A stretch of 64,000 bases of DNA from Alphaproteobacteria bacterium (GCA_020638555.1 JACKII010000006.1:137140-201139); one strand, 5' to 3'; shown: positions 43,393 to 54,484, counted from the stretch's first letter. Notes: generated from the sequence alone by a model not told the origin. Made by a program: numbers and translations.

Positions 43393-43941
43393 ATGGCTGC
43401 CTTGGAGCGCCTGTTGGAGCGGTTCAGCGTGGGGCTTCTCTGGATCGCCGGCGTCGCCATCACGCTGATGATGATCCATGTCGCCGCCGACGTGGTCGGC
43501 AAGACGATCTTTCACCAGCCCATGACCGCCACCCTGGAAATCGTTGCCTGGTACTACATGGTCGCGACGGTGTTTCTGCCGGTCGCCTATATCCAGGTGC
43601 AGAAGAAGCATCTGATGGTGGAATTGTTCACCCGCACCATGGAGCCGCGGGCCATGGCGCGCCTGGAAGGCCTGATCGCCGTCCTGGGGGCGGTCTATGT
43701 GGGCATTCTGTTCTGGCTGACCCTGGAGCAGGCGATTGCGTCCACCGCCTCGAACGAAGTGCAGGACGTGACCTTCTTCGACCTGCCGGTCTGGCCGTCG
43801 CGCTGGTTCCTGCCCATCGCCGTCGGGGCGATGACGTTGATCATGATCCTGCAAGCCATCCGCGACCTGCGATACGGCTTCACCGGCCGCGGTGAACCGA
43901 CCAAGCAGACCCAAGACGGCATCATCATCGAGGAGAACTGA
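43393..43941 (+). CDS. TRAP transporter small permease (DctQ family)
   Basis: ORF 43318..43941; preferred start is ATG 43393 (MAALERLLERFSVGLLWIAGVAITLMMIHVAADVVGK). Four TM helices. Confidence 0.82.
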   Translation: MAALERLLERFSVGLLWIAGVAITLMMIHVAADVVGKTIFHQPMTATLEIVAWYYMVATVFLPVAYIQVQKKHLMVELFTRTMEPRAMARLEGLIAVLGAVYVGILFWLTLEQAIASTASNEVQDVTFFDLPVWPSRWFLPIAVGAMTLIMILQAIRDLRYGFTGRGEPTKQTQDGIIIEEN

Positions 43942-43944
43942 GCA

Positions 43945-45255
43945 ATGGATCCGATTTGGATCGGCATCATTGCCATCGTCGCGCTGCTGGTGCTGATCGG
44001 CCTGCGCGTTCCCATCGGCATCGCCCTCGGCTCGGTGTCCCTGGTCGGGCTGATGTTCGCCCGCTCGACCGAGTCGGCCTTCGGCATTTTCGGCGACCTG
44101 CCGTTCGAGTTCGGCGCCAGCTGGTCGCTGTCGGCGGTGCCGATGTTCCTGCTGATGGGCTCCGTCGCCTATCATTCCGGGCTGACCTCCAGCCTCTACA
44201 ATGCGGCCCGGCTGTGGCTGTCGGCCTTGCCGGGCGGCCTGGCGGTCGCGACCAATTTCGCCTCCGCCGGATTTGCCGCCGCCAGCGGCTCATCGCTGGC
44301 GACCTCGGCCGCCATGGGCCGGTTGGCCATCCCGGAGATGCTGCGCCTCGGCTATGACAAGGCGCTGGCCGCCGGCGTCGTCGCCGCGTCCGGCACGCTC
44401 GGCGCCCTGATCCCGCCCTCCATCGCCTTCGTGCTCTATGGCTGGTTCACCGAGACCTCGATCGGCGCGTTGTTGATCGCCGGCATTCTGCCGGGGCTGC
44501 TGACGGCTTTCATCTATGCCGGCATGATCATCATCCGGTGCTGGTTGAACCCCGAACTGGCGCCGGCGGTGAGCGAGACCGTCACCTGGGGCCAGCGCTG
44601 GAGCGCGCTCATCGAAATCTGGCCGGTGCCGTTGTTGATCCTGGGCGTGGTCGGCAGCATCTATGGCGGCATCGCCACGCCGACGGAAGCGGGTGCGCTG
44701 GGGGCGTTGATCGCGATTATCATCGCCTTCTTCCAGGGGCGCATGACCTGGCAGATTTTCCGGACCAGCGTGATGGAAGCGCTGGAGAGCACCGCCGGCA
44801 TCTTCTTCGTCGCCATCGGCGCCCTGTTGCTGACCCGCCTGCTGGCGTTCAGCGGCGTGCCGATGCTGATGGCGGAGATGATCGGCGACTGGGCCATCGA
44901 CCCGTTGCTGCTGATTATCGGCCTGTCCATCGTCTATCTGATCCTAGGCATGTTCCTGGACCCGCTGGGTCTGATGCTGCTGACCCTGCCGGTGTTCCTG
45001 CCGATGTTCGAGGCGCTGAAGCTGGACCTGATCTGGGTCGGCGTGATCGTCGTCAAATACATCGAGATCGGTTTGTTGACCCCGCCCGTGGGCCTCAACG
45101 CCTATGTTGTGAAAAGCGTGGTGGGCGACGCCATACCGCTCACCACCATATTCCGGGGGTTGGCCTGGTTCCTGGCGGCCGAGGCGGTGATCATGGTGCT
45201 TCTGATCGCCTTCCCGGAAATCTCGCTGACATTGCCGAACTACATGCTGAACTGA
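43945..45255 (+). CDS. TRAP transporter large permease (DctM family)
   Basis: 436 aa polytopic protein beginning 3 nt after the DctQ stop. Confidence 0.9.
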   Translation: MDPIWIGIIAIVALLVLIGLRVPIGIALGSVSLVGLMFARSTESAFGIFGDLPFEFGASWSLSAVPMFLLMGSVAYHSGLTSSLYNAARLWLSALPGGLAVATNFASAGFAAASGSSLATSAAMGRLAIPEMLRLGYDKALAAGVVAASGTLGALIPPSIAFVLYGWFTETSIGALLIAGILPGLLTAFIYAGMIIIRCWLNPELAPAVSETVTWGQRWSALIEIWPVPLLILGVVGSIYGGIATPTEAGALGALIAIIIAFFQGRMTWQIFRTSVMEALESTAGIFFVAIGALLLTRLLAFSGVPMLMAEMIGDWAIDPLLLIIGLSIVYLILGMFLDPLGLMLLTLPVFLPMFEALKLDLIWVGVIVVKYIEIGLLTPPVGLNAYVVKSVVGDAIPLTTIFRGLAWFLAAEAVIMVLLIAFPEISLTLPNYMLN

Positions 45256-45258
45256 CGG

Positions 45259-45286
45259 GAAGGGGGCTTCGGCCCCCTTCTTCTTG
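45259..45286 (+). terminator. Rho-independent terminator after the TRAP operon
   Basis: GAAGGGGGC (45259..45267), loop TTCG, GCCCCCTTC (45272..45280), then TTCTTG. Confidence 0.75.
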
Positions 45287-45394
45287 CGCATGGATTCCCC
45301 AGTCGCGGTTCGCCTTGCCGGGGCGCGGAGCCGGAGTCTAGCATGCTTGCATTCGCTAATCGCCCACTCAACCGGGCACAGGAGGAAACAAGTC

Positions 45395-46321
45395 ATGCGA
45401 TTGGAAGGCAAGGCCGGGATCGTCACCGGCTCCGGGCGCGGCATCGGCCGTGCGGTGGCCCTGCTGATGGCCAAGGAAGGCGCCAGCGTCGTCGTCAATG
45501 ACCCCGGCGTCGGCCGCGGCGGCGAGGCGACGGAAGAACGCCCGGCGGACGAGGTGGTCGCCGAAATCAAGGCCGCGGGCGGCACCGCCATCGCGAACTA
45601 CGGCTCGGTCGCGGAATACGACACCGCCGGGCGCATGGTGAAGGAGTGCGCCGACACGTTCGGCAAGGTCGACTTTGTCGTCAACGTGGCCGGCATGCTG
45701 CGCGAGCGCATGATCTGGAACATGACCGAAGAAGACTTCGACCAGGTCATCAACGTGCACCTGAAGGGGCACTGGAACATGTGCCACCACGCCATCAAGC
45801 TGATGCGCGGGCAGCGCTATGGCCGGATCGTCAACTTCTCGTCCGATGCATTCAAGGGCTCGGTCGGCCAGTGCAACTATGCGGCGGCCAAGGCCGGGAT
45901 CATCGGCCTGACCCGCACCATCACCCGCGAGTGTGGCCGATACGGCATCACCGCCAACGCCATGTGCCCGATGGCCGCCACCCGCATGACCGTCAACGAT
46001 GCGGTGATTGCGGGCTGGAAGCGGCGCCTGGACAGCGGCCTGCTGACCCAGGCCCAGTACGAGTCGCGCATGGCCATGCCGGGGCCGGAATTCGTGGCCC
46101 CGATGGTCGCCTATCTCTGCACCGAAGAGGCCGCCGACATCAACGGCCAGATCTTCCACGCCGAAAAAGGCCTGATCCACACCTATTATTACGGCGAGGA
46201 AGCCCGTGCGCTCTACAAGTTCGAGGACGGCGGCATGTTCAGCGTCGACGAACTGGCCGACAGCGTGCCGGGTTCGCTGATGGCAGGCATTCCGAACATC
46301 GCGCCCAAGACCGAAGACTGA
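45395..46321 (+). CDS. SDR-family oxidoreductase (MFE-2/3-hydroxyacyl-CoA dehydrogenase-like)
   Basis: ORF 45284..46321; preferred start is ATG 45395 (MRLEGKAGIVTGSGRGIGRA) with AGGAGGAA RBS. Catalytic YxxxK in CNYAAAKAG. Confidence 0.86.
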   Translation: MRLEGKAGIVTGSGRGIGRAVALLMAKEGASVVVNDPGVGRGGEATEERPADEVVAEIKAAGGTAIANYGSVAEYDTAGRMVKECADTFGKVDFVVNVAGMLRERMIWNMTEEDFDQVINVHLKGHWNMCHHAIKLMRGQRYGRIVNFSSDAFKGSVGQCNYAAAKAGIIGLTRTITRECGRYGITANAMCPMAATRMTVNDAVIAGWKRRLDSGLLTQAQYESRMAMPGPEFVAPMVAYLCTEEAADINGQIFHAEKGLIHTYYYGEEARALYKFEDGGMFSVDELADSVPGSLMAGIPNIAPKTED

Positions 46322-46460
46322 GCGCGGGCGGCAAGACCGGGGCGGTGGCGAGTGGCCGGCCATCGCAACCGCCCCTCTTGCGCCTTGAACCCGCCGGAGG
46401 ATGGGGAGAGCCGCTGGCAAGACCTGCCTTCTGCCTGCCCCATGCCGCGAAGGACACGCC

Positions 46461-46979
46461 ATGCCCGCCGACGCATCCATCTCCCAGGCCGCTGCCATGG
46501 CCCGTGCGCTCGAAATCGCGGCGACCGCCGCCGACCAGGCCGGCGCGCTGCCCTATGCCGCCGTGGTGGTCCTGGACGGCCGGATCGTCGGCGAGGGGCT
46601 GAACCGCGCGCAAGCCCTGTCCGATCCGACCTCCCACGGCGAGACCGAGGCGATCCGCGATGCCTGCAAGCGGCTCGGCACCACCAGCCTCGCCGGGGCC
46701 ATCATGGTCACGACGGCGGAGCCCTGCGCCATGTGTGTTGCGACCATGCTGCTCGCCGGCATTACGCAGTTGGTTTACGCGGCCGATGCCCGGGACAGTG
46801 CGGCCTTCATGGCGAAGCTTGTGGGGAAGAACCCTGCGGTGCGCCGTCGCTTCTCCATGGAGGAGTTGCGCGACCAGGTCGGCCTGCCGGCGGATGCCCG
46901 ACGGCACCTGCCGGCCCATCGCGAATCCCGGGCGGAATCGCTGGCGATTTTCGACGCCTTCGCCGCCCGCCATGGCTGA
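46461..46979 (+). CDS. CDA-fold nucleoside/nucleotide deaminase (guanine/tRNA-adenosine deaminase-like)
   Basis: ORF 46401..46979; preferred start is ATG 46461 (MPADASISQ). Zinc motifs HGETEAI and PCAMCVATM. Confidence 0.8.
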   Translation: MPADASISQAAAMARALEIAATAADQAGALPYAAVVVLDGRIVGEGLNRAQALSDPTSHGETEAIRDACKRLGTTSLAGAIMVTTAEPCAMCVATMLLAGITQLVYAADARDSAAFMAKLVGKNPAVRRRFSMEELRDQVGLPADARRHLPAHRESRAESLAIFDAFAARHG

Positions 46980-47325
46980 AATTTGGCGGGATTTGCAGTC
47001 GGGCCGGCGACGCCTTTCTGACACAGGCTCCCGGCAGCGCTTTATGGTGGAAATCCAAGCAGAACCAAGATGCCCACTCCCTGACGACTGGGGCATTGCA
47101 AATATGGCCACCTGCCTCGGAGTATAGCGGCCGTACCGGCCGAATAACCGCCTGGGATCACACGCACCCGGAAGACCCTGCCACGCTTGCTTCCGGTGCT
47201 GCGTTTGCGGGCTAATCTCTGGCTTTTCCCTGTCTTGCCTGCTAATTTGCACACGGGTGATCGGGGCGGTTTTTCCACTATTCATAGCGGATTGCGACCG
47301 TCCCCCACCCCCATATCTTGCATAG

Positions 47326-50004
47326 TTGCGTTTGGGCAAAGGGACAGGACTCTTGGTCGACGAAATCCGGAGCGAGCGCCGCGATATTGCGCCCGTCTCC
47401 ATTGAAGAGGAAATGCAGCGTTCGTACCTCGATTACGCCATGAGCGTGATCGTGTCGCGCGCCATTCCGGACGTGCGCGACGGCCTGAAGCCGGTGCACC
47501 GCCGCATCCTCTATGCCATGCGCGTCGGCGGCTATGACTGGTCGCGGCCCTATCGCAAGTCGGCCCGCATCGTCGGCGACGTCATGGGCCAGTTCCACCC
47601 CCACGGCGACTCCGCCATTTACGATGCGCTGGTGCGCATGGCGCAGTGGTTCTCCATGCGCCTGCCGTTGATTTCCGGCCAGGGCAATTTCGGCTCGCTG
47701 GACGCCGATCCGCCGGCGGCCATGCGTTACACCGAGGCGCGTCTGGCCCAGGCCGCCCAGCCATTGCTGGAGGACATCGACAAGGACACGGTCGATTTCC
47801 AGCTCAACTACGATGAAAGCGAGCGCGAACCGACGGTTCTGCCGGCCCGCTTCCCGAACCTGCTGGTCAACGGGGCAGGGGGCATCGCCGTCGGCATGGC
47901 CACCAACATCCCGCCCCACAATCTGGGCGAGGTGGTAGCGGCGACGCTCGCCTATCTGGATGATCCAGAAATCGGCCTCGACGAACTGATGGAGATCATG
48001 CCGGGGCCGGATTTCCCGACCGGCGCGCTGGTCATGGGCCGGGGCGGCATCCGCCAGGCGTTCGCCACCGGCCGGGGCTCCGTCATCATGCGCGCCCGCC
48101 ACCAGATCGAGGAGCGCCCGGGCGGCCGCGAGGCGATCATCGTCACCGACGTGCCCTACCAGTGCAACAAGGCCAAGATGGTGGAGCGGATCGCGGAGGT
48201 GGTGAACCTCAAGCTGATCGAGGGCATTTCCGACCTGCGCGACGAGAGCGACCGCCACGGCATCCGCGTCGTCATCGAACTGAAGCGCGATGCGGTCACC
48301 GACGTGGTGCTGAACCAGTTGTTCCGCTTCACGCCGATGCAGACCTCGTTCGGCTACAACATGCTGGCCCTGAACGGCGGCCGGCCGCAGGTGATGCCGC
48401 TGAAGGCGGTGTTGCAGGCCTTCTGCCGTTTCCGCGAACAGGTCATCACCCGGCGCACCGCCTACGAACTCGGCCGGGCGCGCGAGCGGGCGAACACCTT
48501 GCTGGCGCTCGCCGTTGCCGTTGCCAACCTGGACGACGTGATCCGGCTGATCCGCGAGGCGCCGGACCCGGCGACCGCCCGCGAGCGGTTGATGGCGCGG
48601 CCCTGGCCCGCCGGCGACATCGCGCCGCTGATCGCCCTGGTCGACGACGGCGCCGACGCCCGCGGCGACGGCAACTACCGGCTCAGCCAGGCTCAGGCCC
48701 AGGCCATTCTCGACCTGCGCCTGCACCGCCTGACCGGGCTGGAGCGCGAAAAGATCGACACCGACCTGCGCGAGACCGTGCGCCTGATCGAGGACTATCT
48801 CGACATTCTCGGCAATCGCGAGCGCGTGCTGACCATCATGCGCGACGAACTGGCCGAGGTTCGCGAGAAGTTCGACACGCCCAGGCGCACGGAAATTCTC
48901 GACGCGGAGGCCGACCAGGACGACGAAGACCTGATCCAGCGCGAGGACATGGTCATCACCGTCAGCCGCCAGGGCTATATCAAGCGCGTGCCGCTCGCCA
49001 GCTATCGCGAGCAGCGCCGCGGCGGCAAGGGCAGGGCGGGCATGTCGACCCGCGACGAGGATTTCGTCGCCGACGTCTTCGTCGCCAACACCCACGCGCC
49101 GGTGCTGTTCTTCTCGTCCCGCGGCATGGTCTACAAGCTGAAGGTCTACCGCCTGCCGATCGGCACGCCACAGGCTCGCGGCAAGGCCATGGTGAACCTG
49201 CTGCCGCTCTCCGAGGGCGAGACCATCTCCACCGTCCTGCCGCTACCGGAGGAGGATACGCCGGGCCTGGACGAGATGGACATCGTCTTCGCCACCGCCA
49301 GCGGCAATGTGCGCCGCAACAAGCTGTCGGACTTCACCAATGTCATGGCCAACGGCAAGATCGCCATGAAGCTGGAAGAGGGCGACAGCCTGATCGGCGT
49401 GGCGCTGGCGGAGCCGACCGATCACTTCCTGCTGGCCACCTGGCACGGCAAGGCGATTCGCTTCCCGGTTGAAGACGTGCGCGTGTTCGCCGGCCGGGCA
49501 TCCACCGGCATTCGCGGCATCGCGCTCGCCGAGGGCGACCGCGTCATCTCCATGACCATTCTGAAGGGCGCGGAAATCGACACGGAAACGCGCGATGCCT
49601 ATCTGCGCATGGCCGCGGCCCGCCGCCGGGAAGACACGGGCGAGGTGGGCGAAGAGCAGGCCCTGGACGAAGCGCGGTTCGAGGAATTGCACGCGGCGGA
49701 AGAACTGATTCTGTCGGTGGCCGACGACGGCTATGGCAAGCGCACCAGCGCGTATGACTACCGGGTGACGCGGCGCGGCGGGAAGGGCATCGACCTGATG
49801 GATCTGATGCCCGGTGCGGGCGTCGTGGCGGCCTTCCCCGTCAGCGATAGCGATGGCCTCGTTCTCGTGACGAACGGCGGGCAATTGATTCGCGTGCCCG
49901 TGCAGGATATCCGTATAGCAAGGCGATCCACCCGCGGCGTGCGGTTGTTCTCGGTTGGCGAGGGCGAACGCGTTGTCTCGGTCTCGCGGATCGCAGAGGA
50001 ATAG
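47326..50004 (+). CDS. gyrA: DNA gyrase subunit A
   Basis: [45 protein letters not shown]; active-site region [10 protein letters not shown]; GyrA box [13 protein letters not shown]; beta-pinwheel CTD repeats. The start is uncertain: TTG 47326 in the track, with TTG 47353 also possible. Confidence 0.93.
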   Translation: MRLGKGTGLLVDEIRSERRDIAPVSIEEEMQRSYLDYAMSVIVSRAIPDVRDGLKPVHRRILYAMRVGGYDWSRPYRKSARIVGDVMGQFHPHGDSAIYDALVRMAQWFSMRLPLISGQGNFGSLDADPPAAMRYTEARLAQAAQPLLEDIDKDTVDFQLNYDESEREPTVLPARFPNLLVNGAGGIAVGMATNIPPHNLGEVVAATLAYLDDPEIGLDELMEIMPGPDFPTGALVMGRGGIRQAFATGRGSVIMRARHQIEERPGGREAIIVTDVPYQCNKAKMVERIAEVVNLKLIEGISDLRDESDRHGIRVVIELKRDAVTDVVLNQLFRFTPMQTSFGYNMLALNGGRPQVMPLKAVLQAFCRFREQVITRRTAYELGRARERANTLLALAVAVANLDDVIRLIREAPDPATARERLMARPWPAGDIAPLIALVDDGADARGDGNYRLSQAQAQAILDLRLHRLTGLEREKIDTDLRETVRLIEDYLDILGNRERVLTIMRDELAEVREKFDTPRRTEILDAEADQDDEDLIQREDMVITVSRQGYIKRVPLASYREQRRGGKGRAGMSTRDEDFVADVFVANTHAPVLFFSSRGMVYKLKVYRLPIGTPQARGKAMVNLLPLSEGETISTVLPLPEEDTPGLDEMDIVFATASGNVRRNKLSDFTNVMANGKIAMKLEEGDSLIGVALAEPTDHFLLATWHGKAIRFPVEDVRVFAGRASTGIRGIALAEGDRVISMTILKGAEIDTETRDAYLRMAAARRREDTGEVGEEQALDEARFEELHAAEELILSVADDGYGKRTSAYDYRVTRRGGKGIDLMDLMPGAGVVAAFPVSDSDGLVLVTNGGQLIRVPVQDIRIARRSTRGVRLFSVGEGERVVSVSRIAEE

Positions 50005-50063
50005 GGTGCCGGGCGTCGCCCCGCCCGGTACCGCATCGCTACGAGGCTATTGAGAGATTTTCC

Positions 50064-50609
50064 ATGCCGGATGGGCATATCGCGCTTTACCCAGGCACGT
50101 TCGACCCGGCCACCCGTGGCCACACCGACATCATCATGCGCGCAGCCGCGGTGGTGGATAAGCTCTATGTCGGCGTCGCCGGCAATGCGGGCAAGGGGCC
50201 GTTGTTCAGCGTCGACGAGCGCGTCGCCATGGTGCAGGACGAGATCGACGCCATGACCGACCGCAAGCTGGCGGCCAATATCTCGGTCACCGTCGTGGAT
50301 GGCCTGCTGGTGCACAGCGCCCGCAAGCTGGACGTGACCGTGTTGATCCGCGGGCTCCGGGCGGTGACCGATTTCGAATACGAAATCCAGATGGCCAGCC
50401 TGAACAAATCCCTAGATTCCGGCATCGAGACCGTGTTCCTGATGGCGAGCGACCGCCACCAGTTCATTTCCAGCCGCTTCGTCAAGGAAATCGGCTCGCT
50501 CGGCGGCAAGATCGACGACTTCGTCTCGCCGCGCGTGGCCAAGCGGCTGGCGGAGAAGTTTGGCGACGGCAACACCGTTCAGGCCGGTGCGGCGTCGAAA
50601 GTGTATTGA
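50064..50609 (+). CDS. coaD: Phosphopantetheine adenylyltransferase
   Basis: IALYPGTFDPATRGHTDIIMRAA ... RGLRAVTDFEYEIQMA ... ISSRFVKEI. Confidence 0.92.
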   Translation: MPDGHIALYPGTFDPATRGHTDIIMRAAAVVDKLYVGVAGNAGKGPLFSVDERVAMVQDEIDAMTDRKLAANISVTVVDGLLVHSARKLDVTVLIRGLRAVTDFEYEIQMASLNKSLDSGIETVFLMASDRHQFISSRFVKEIGSLGGKIDDFVSPRVAKRLAEKFGDGNTVQAGAASKVY

Positions 50610-50635
50610 ACCAAGCGCTTTAGCGAGGGTTTTTC

Positions 50636-51967
50636 ATGTACGATCTTGTGATCCGGGGCGGCATGGCGGTGCTGCCAGCGGGCGTGGTGCCGTGCGATAT
50701 CGGCGTGCGTGGCGGGCGGATTGCGACGCTCGGCACCATTCCGGCGGGGCAGGGGGCGGACGAAATCGACGCCACCGGCCTCACCGTGCTGCCCGGCATG
50801 ATCGACACCCAGGTGCACTTCCGCGAGCCCGGCGGTGAGCAGAAGGAAGACCTCGCCACCGGCTCCAAGGCCGCGGTCCTGGGCGGCATCACCGGCGTGT
50901 TCGAGATGCCGAACACCAACCCCTCGACCAGCACGCCGGCAGCGCTCGCCGACAAACTCGCCCGCGCGGCCGGCCGTATGTGGTGCGAGCACGCCTTCTA
51001 TGTGGGGGCCACGCCGGACAATCTGGCCGAACTGCCGGAACTGGAACGCCTGCCCGGCGCCTGCGGCGTCAAGCTGTTCATGGGCTCGTCCACCGGCTCG
51101 CTGCTGGTCGAGGAGCCGGGCGCCATCGCGGCCGTGTTGCGGAACGGCAGCCGCCGGGTGGCCGTGCACGCGGAAGACGAGGCGCGCCTGCGCGAGCGCA
51201 AGGGCGTGGCCGAGGCCGCGGCGCATCCCCGGGCCCATCCGGACTGGCGCGACCCGACAACCGCTCTGAATGCCACACGGCAACTCGTTGAACTGGCGCG
51301 GCAAACCGGTCGCCGCATTCACGTGCTTCACATTTCCACCGGCGACGAGATGGACTTTCTGGTCGATCACAAGGATATCGCTACGGTCGAGGTGACGCCG
51401 AACCATCTGACGCTGGAGGCGCCGGACTGTTACGACCGACTCGGCACGCATGCGCAGATGAACCCGCCGGTGCGCGATGCGGCGCACAAGGCCCGCATCT
51501 GGCAGGCCGTTGCCGACGGCACCGTCGACATTATCGGCTCCGACCACGCCCCACACACGGCCGAGGAGAAGGCCCGTGCCTATCCGGCGAGCCCCTCCGG
51601 CATGCCCGGGGTGCAGACCACCTTGCCGCTGATGCTGACCCATGTGGCGGAGGGGCGCCTCAGCCTGCAACGGCTGGTCGACCTGATGGCGCACGGCCCG
51701 AACCGGGTGTTCGGCATCGCGAATAAGGGCCGGATTGCCGTGGGTTACGACGCGGACTTCACGTTGGTCGACCTTGCGGCTGAGCGCGAGATCACCCGCG
51801 ATTGGCTGGCAAGCCGGGCAGGGTGGTCGCCCTATGAGGGCGTGCGCTGCAAGGGCTGGCCGGTCGGTACCATCATCCGCGGCCGCGTGGTCATGCGCGA
51901 GGGCGACTTGCTGGGCGAGCCCCAGGGCCGACCGCTCCGCTTCCACGAGACGCTGGCCCGCACCTAG
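50636..51967 (+). CDS. pyrC: Dihydroorotase (class I cyclic amidohydrolase)
   Basis: 443 aa. GMIDTQVHFREPGGEQKEDLATGSKAAVLGGITGVFEMPNTNP is the class I DHOase metal/lysine region. ...GSDHAPHT. Confidence 0.75.
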   Translation: MYDLVIRGGMAVLPAGVVPCDIGVRGGRIATLGTIPAGQGADEIDATGLTVLPGMIDTQVHFREPGGEQKEDLATGSKAAVLGGITGVFEMPNTNPSTSTPAALADKLARAAGRMWCEHAFYVGATPDNLAELPELERLPGACGVKLFMGSSTGSLLVEEPGAIAAVLRNGSRRVAVHAEDEARLRERKGVAEAAAHPRAHPDWRDPTTALNATRQLVELARQTGRRIHVLHISTGDEMDFLVDHKDIATVEVTPNHLTLEAPDCYDRLGTHAQMNPPVRDAAHKARIWQAVADGTVDIIGSDHAPHTAEEKARAYPASPSGMPGVQTTLPLMLTHVAEGRLSLQRLVDLMAHGPNRVFGIANKGRIAVGYDADFTLVDLAAEREITRDWLASRAGWSPYEGVRCKGWPVGTIIRGRVVMREGDLLGEPQGRPLRFHETLART

Positions 51968-52038
51968 GTCCGGGGTTGGACCCACCGCCTCCGGGCGTTA
52001 TACCGCCACCATCTGCAATCCGCCCATGCGAGGGTGCT

Positions 52039-53583
52039 ATGGCCGAGCCATACTACATCACCACGCCCATCTATTACGTGAACGACGACCCGCACATCGG
52101 CCACGCCTACACGACGCTGGCCTGCGATGTTCTGGCCCGGTTCAAGCGCATGGACGGCTACCGCGTGCATTTCCTGACCGGTACCGACGAGCACGGCCAG
52201 AAAGTGGAAAAGGCGGCGGAGGCGGCCGGCGTCGACCCGCAGACCTTCACCGACCGGGTCAGCCAGAATTTCCGCGATCTGGCCGCACGGATGAACTTCT
52301 CCAACGACGATTTCATCCGCACCACCGAGGACCGGCACACCCGCGCCTGCCAGGCGCTCTGGCAGAAACTGCTGGACGCGGGTGACATCTATCTGGGTTC
52401 CTATGCCGGCTGGTACGCGGTTCGCGACGAAGCCTTTTATGCGGAAAGCGAACTGACCGCCGGTGCCAATGGGGAAAAGCTGGCCCCGTCGGGCGCGCCG
52501 GTGGAGTGGGTCGAGGAGCCGAGCTATTTCTTCCGGCTGTCCGCCTGGGGCGACCGTCTGCTGGCCTGGTACGACGCGAACCCGGATTGCATCGGCCCGG
52601 CCTCGCGCCGCAACGAGGTGATCAGCTTCGTCAAAGGCGGTTTGCAGGATCTCTCGGTCAGTCGCGTGTCGTTCAAATGGGGTGTGCCGGTGCCGAACGA
52701 CGCCGATCACATCATGTATGTGTGGCTCGACGCGCTCACGAACTACGCAACCGCCGTTGGCTATCCGGACATGAAGTCCGAGGCATTTTCAACCTTCTGG
52801 CCGTGCAATCTTCACATGGTGGGGAAGGACATTCTGCGCTTCCATGCCGTCTATTGGCCGGCTTTCCTCATGGCCGCCGACATCGCGCCGCCGCAGCGGA
52901 TCTATGCCCATGGTTGGTGGACCAACGAGGGGCAGAAGATCAGCAAGAGCCTTGGGAATGTGATCAAACCCTATGACTTGATTGAGAGATATGGTCTCGA
53001 CCAGGTGCGCTATTTCCTGCTGCGCGAGGTGCCGTTCGGCAATGACGGCGATTTCTCCCATGCGAGCATGGTCAGCCGCATGAACCACGAACTGGCGAAT
53101 GATTACGGCAATCTGGTCCAGCGCGTGCTCAGCATGATCAACAAGAACTGCGATGCGCGGGTGCCGGAACCCGGCAACTTCACCGACGATGACCGCGCCC
53201 TGTTGCAGCCGGCCCGACAACTGGTCGAGACCATGCGGCCTCTGATGGACCGGCAGGCCTTCCACGAAGCCCTGGAAGCGATCTGGCAGGTGGTGCGGGC
53301 CGCCAACGCCTATGTGGACCACCAGGCGCCCTGGGCTCTGCGCAAGACCGACCCCGCGCGGATGGCCACGGTGCTCTACGTGCTGGCGGAAACCCTCCGG
53401 CATCTGGGTCTTGCGACCTCACCTTATATGCCAGAAGCTTCGGATAAGATTCTGGATCAGTTGGAAATTGCCGCATCGGATCGCGTTTTCTCTCGCATGG
53501 GAGAGATCGGCGCCCTGCAACCCGGAACCGCGCTGCCGAAGCCCCAGGGCGTGTTTCCCCGCTATGTGGAGGAGCCCGCCTGA
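52039..53583 (+). CDS. metG: Methionyl-tRNA synthetase (short form)
   Basis: ORF 51976..53583; preferred start is ATG 52039 (MAEPYYITTPIYYVNDDPHIGHAYTT, the HIGH motif). KMSKS-type motif QKISKSLGN. Confidence 0.93.
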   Translation: MAEPYYITTPIYYVNDDPHIGHAYTTLACDVLARFKRMDGYRVHFLTGTDEHGQKVEKAAEAAGVDPQTFTDRVSQNFRDLAARMNFSNDDFIRTTEDRHTRACQALWQKLLDAGDIYLGSYAGWYAVRDEAFYAESELTAGANGEKLAPSGAPVEWVEEPSYFFRLSAWGDRLLAWYDANPDCIGPASRRNEVISFVKGGLQDLSVSRVSFKWGVPVPNDADHIMYVWLDALTNYATAVGYPDMKSEAFSTFWPCNLHMVGKDILRFHAVYWPAFLMAADIAPPQRIYAHGWWTNEGQKISKSLGNVIKPYDLIERYGLDQVRYFLLREVPFGNDGDFSHASMVSRMNHELANDYGNLVQRVLSMINKNCDARVPEPGNFTDDDRALLQPARQLVETMRPLMDRQAFHEALEAIWQVVRAANAYVDHQAPWALRKTDPARMATVLYVLAETLRHLGLATSPYMPEASDKILDQLEIAASDRVFSRMGEIGALQPGTALPKPQGVFPRYVEEPA

Positions 53584-54368
53584 TGCTGGTCGACAGCCAC
53601 TGCCACCTGGATTTTCCGGAACTCCACGTCGATCTCGATGCGGTGGTGGCACGGGCGCGCAATGCCGGGATCGGCTGCATGCTGACGATCTGCACCCGCG
53701 TCGAAGCCATTCCGACGGTCCTGGCGATTGCCGAGCGCTATCCGGAGGTCTATGCCGCCATTGGCATACACCCGCACAGCGTCGAGGGCCATGGTGTGCG
53801 GTCTGTCGATGAGATCGTCTCCTGGACCGAGCACCCGAAGGTGGTGGGCATCGGCGAAACCGGCCTCGACTACTATTACGACAAGAGCCCGCGCGAGATG
53901 CAGCGCCAGAGCTTCGTCAACCACATCGAGGCTTCGCGTCGGACCGGGCTGCCGTTCATCGTCCACACGCGCAACGCCGACGCCGACACGGCCGCCATTC
54001 TGGACGAGGCCATGGCCAAAGGCCCGGTACCGGGCCTGTTGCACTGTTTCAGCTCCGGCCGCCCGTTGGCGGAGCACGCGGTGCGGCACGGGCTCTATGT
54101 ATCGTTCTCGGGCATGCTGACATTCCGGAACGCTGACGACATCCGGGCGACCGCCAAGGTGCTGCCGTCGGACCGTCTGTTGGTCGAGACCGACGCGCCG
54201 TTCCTGGCGCCGGTGCCGAAACGCGGCAAGACCAACGAACCCGCCTTTACCATCCACACCGCGGCCTGCCTGGCCGAGGTTCACGGCGTGACGGCCGCCG
54301 CGATGGCCGAGACGACGACGGACAACTTTTTCCGGCTGTTTGCCAAGATCGACAGAACGGTTCTGTGA
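53583..54368 (+). CDS. tatD: TatD-family metal-dependent hydrolase/DNase
   Basis: MLVDSHCHLDF ... AIGIHPH ... GETGLDYYY ... FIVHTRNA ... LLVETDAPFL. ATGA overlap with the metG stop. Confidence 0.88.
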   Translation: MLVDSHCHLDFPELHVDLDAVVARARNAGIGCMLTICTRVEAIPTVLAIAERYPEVYAAIGIHPHSVEGHGVRSVDEIVSWTEHPKVVGIGETGLDYYYDKSPREMQRQSFVNHIEASRRTGLPFIVHTRNADADTAAILDEAMAKGPVPGLLHCFSSGRPLAEHAVRHGLYVSFSGMLTFRNADDIRATAKVLPSDRLLVETDAPFLAPVPKRGKTNEPAFTIHTAACLAEVHGVTAAAMAETTTDNFFRLFAKIDRTVL

Positions 54369-54484
54369 GCCTGTTCCGGTTTCTAACATAATTTCCCATA
54401 ATATATCTGTTCACATTTAGGGGTTGAGACGATTGACGCGACGCGGCCGGCGGCAGTACCAATCCCCCGCCGCCGGCGTACCAC

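Noticed and set aside
41946-43502. 518-aa minus-strand ORF spanning the DctP gene and the divergent promoter.
   Set aside because: It crosses an intergenic region, is antisense to a clear TRAP binding protein, and has no motifs.
47278-51985. Minus-strand ORFs 47278..49095 (605 aa), 49243..49884, 49758..50315 and 50579..51985 (468 aa), plus the + ORF 48162..49472.
   Set aside because: They are antisense or out of frame relative to gyrA, coaD and pyrC, which carry canonical motifs.
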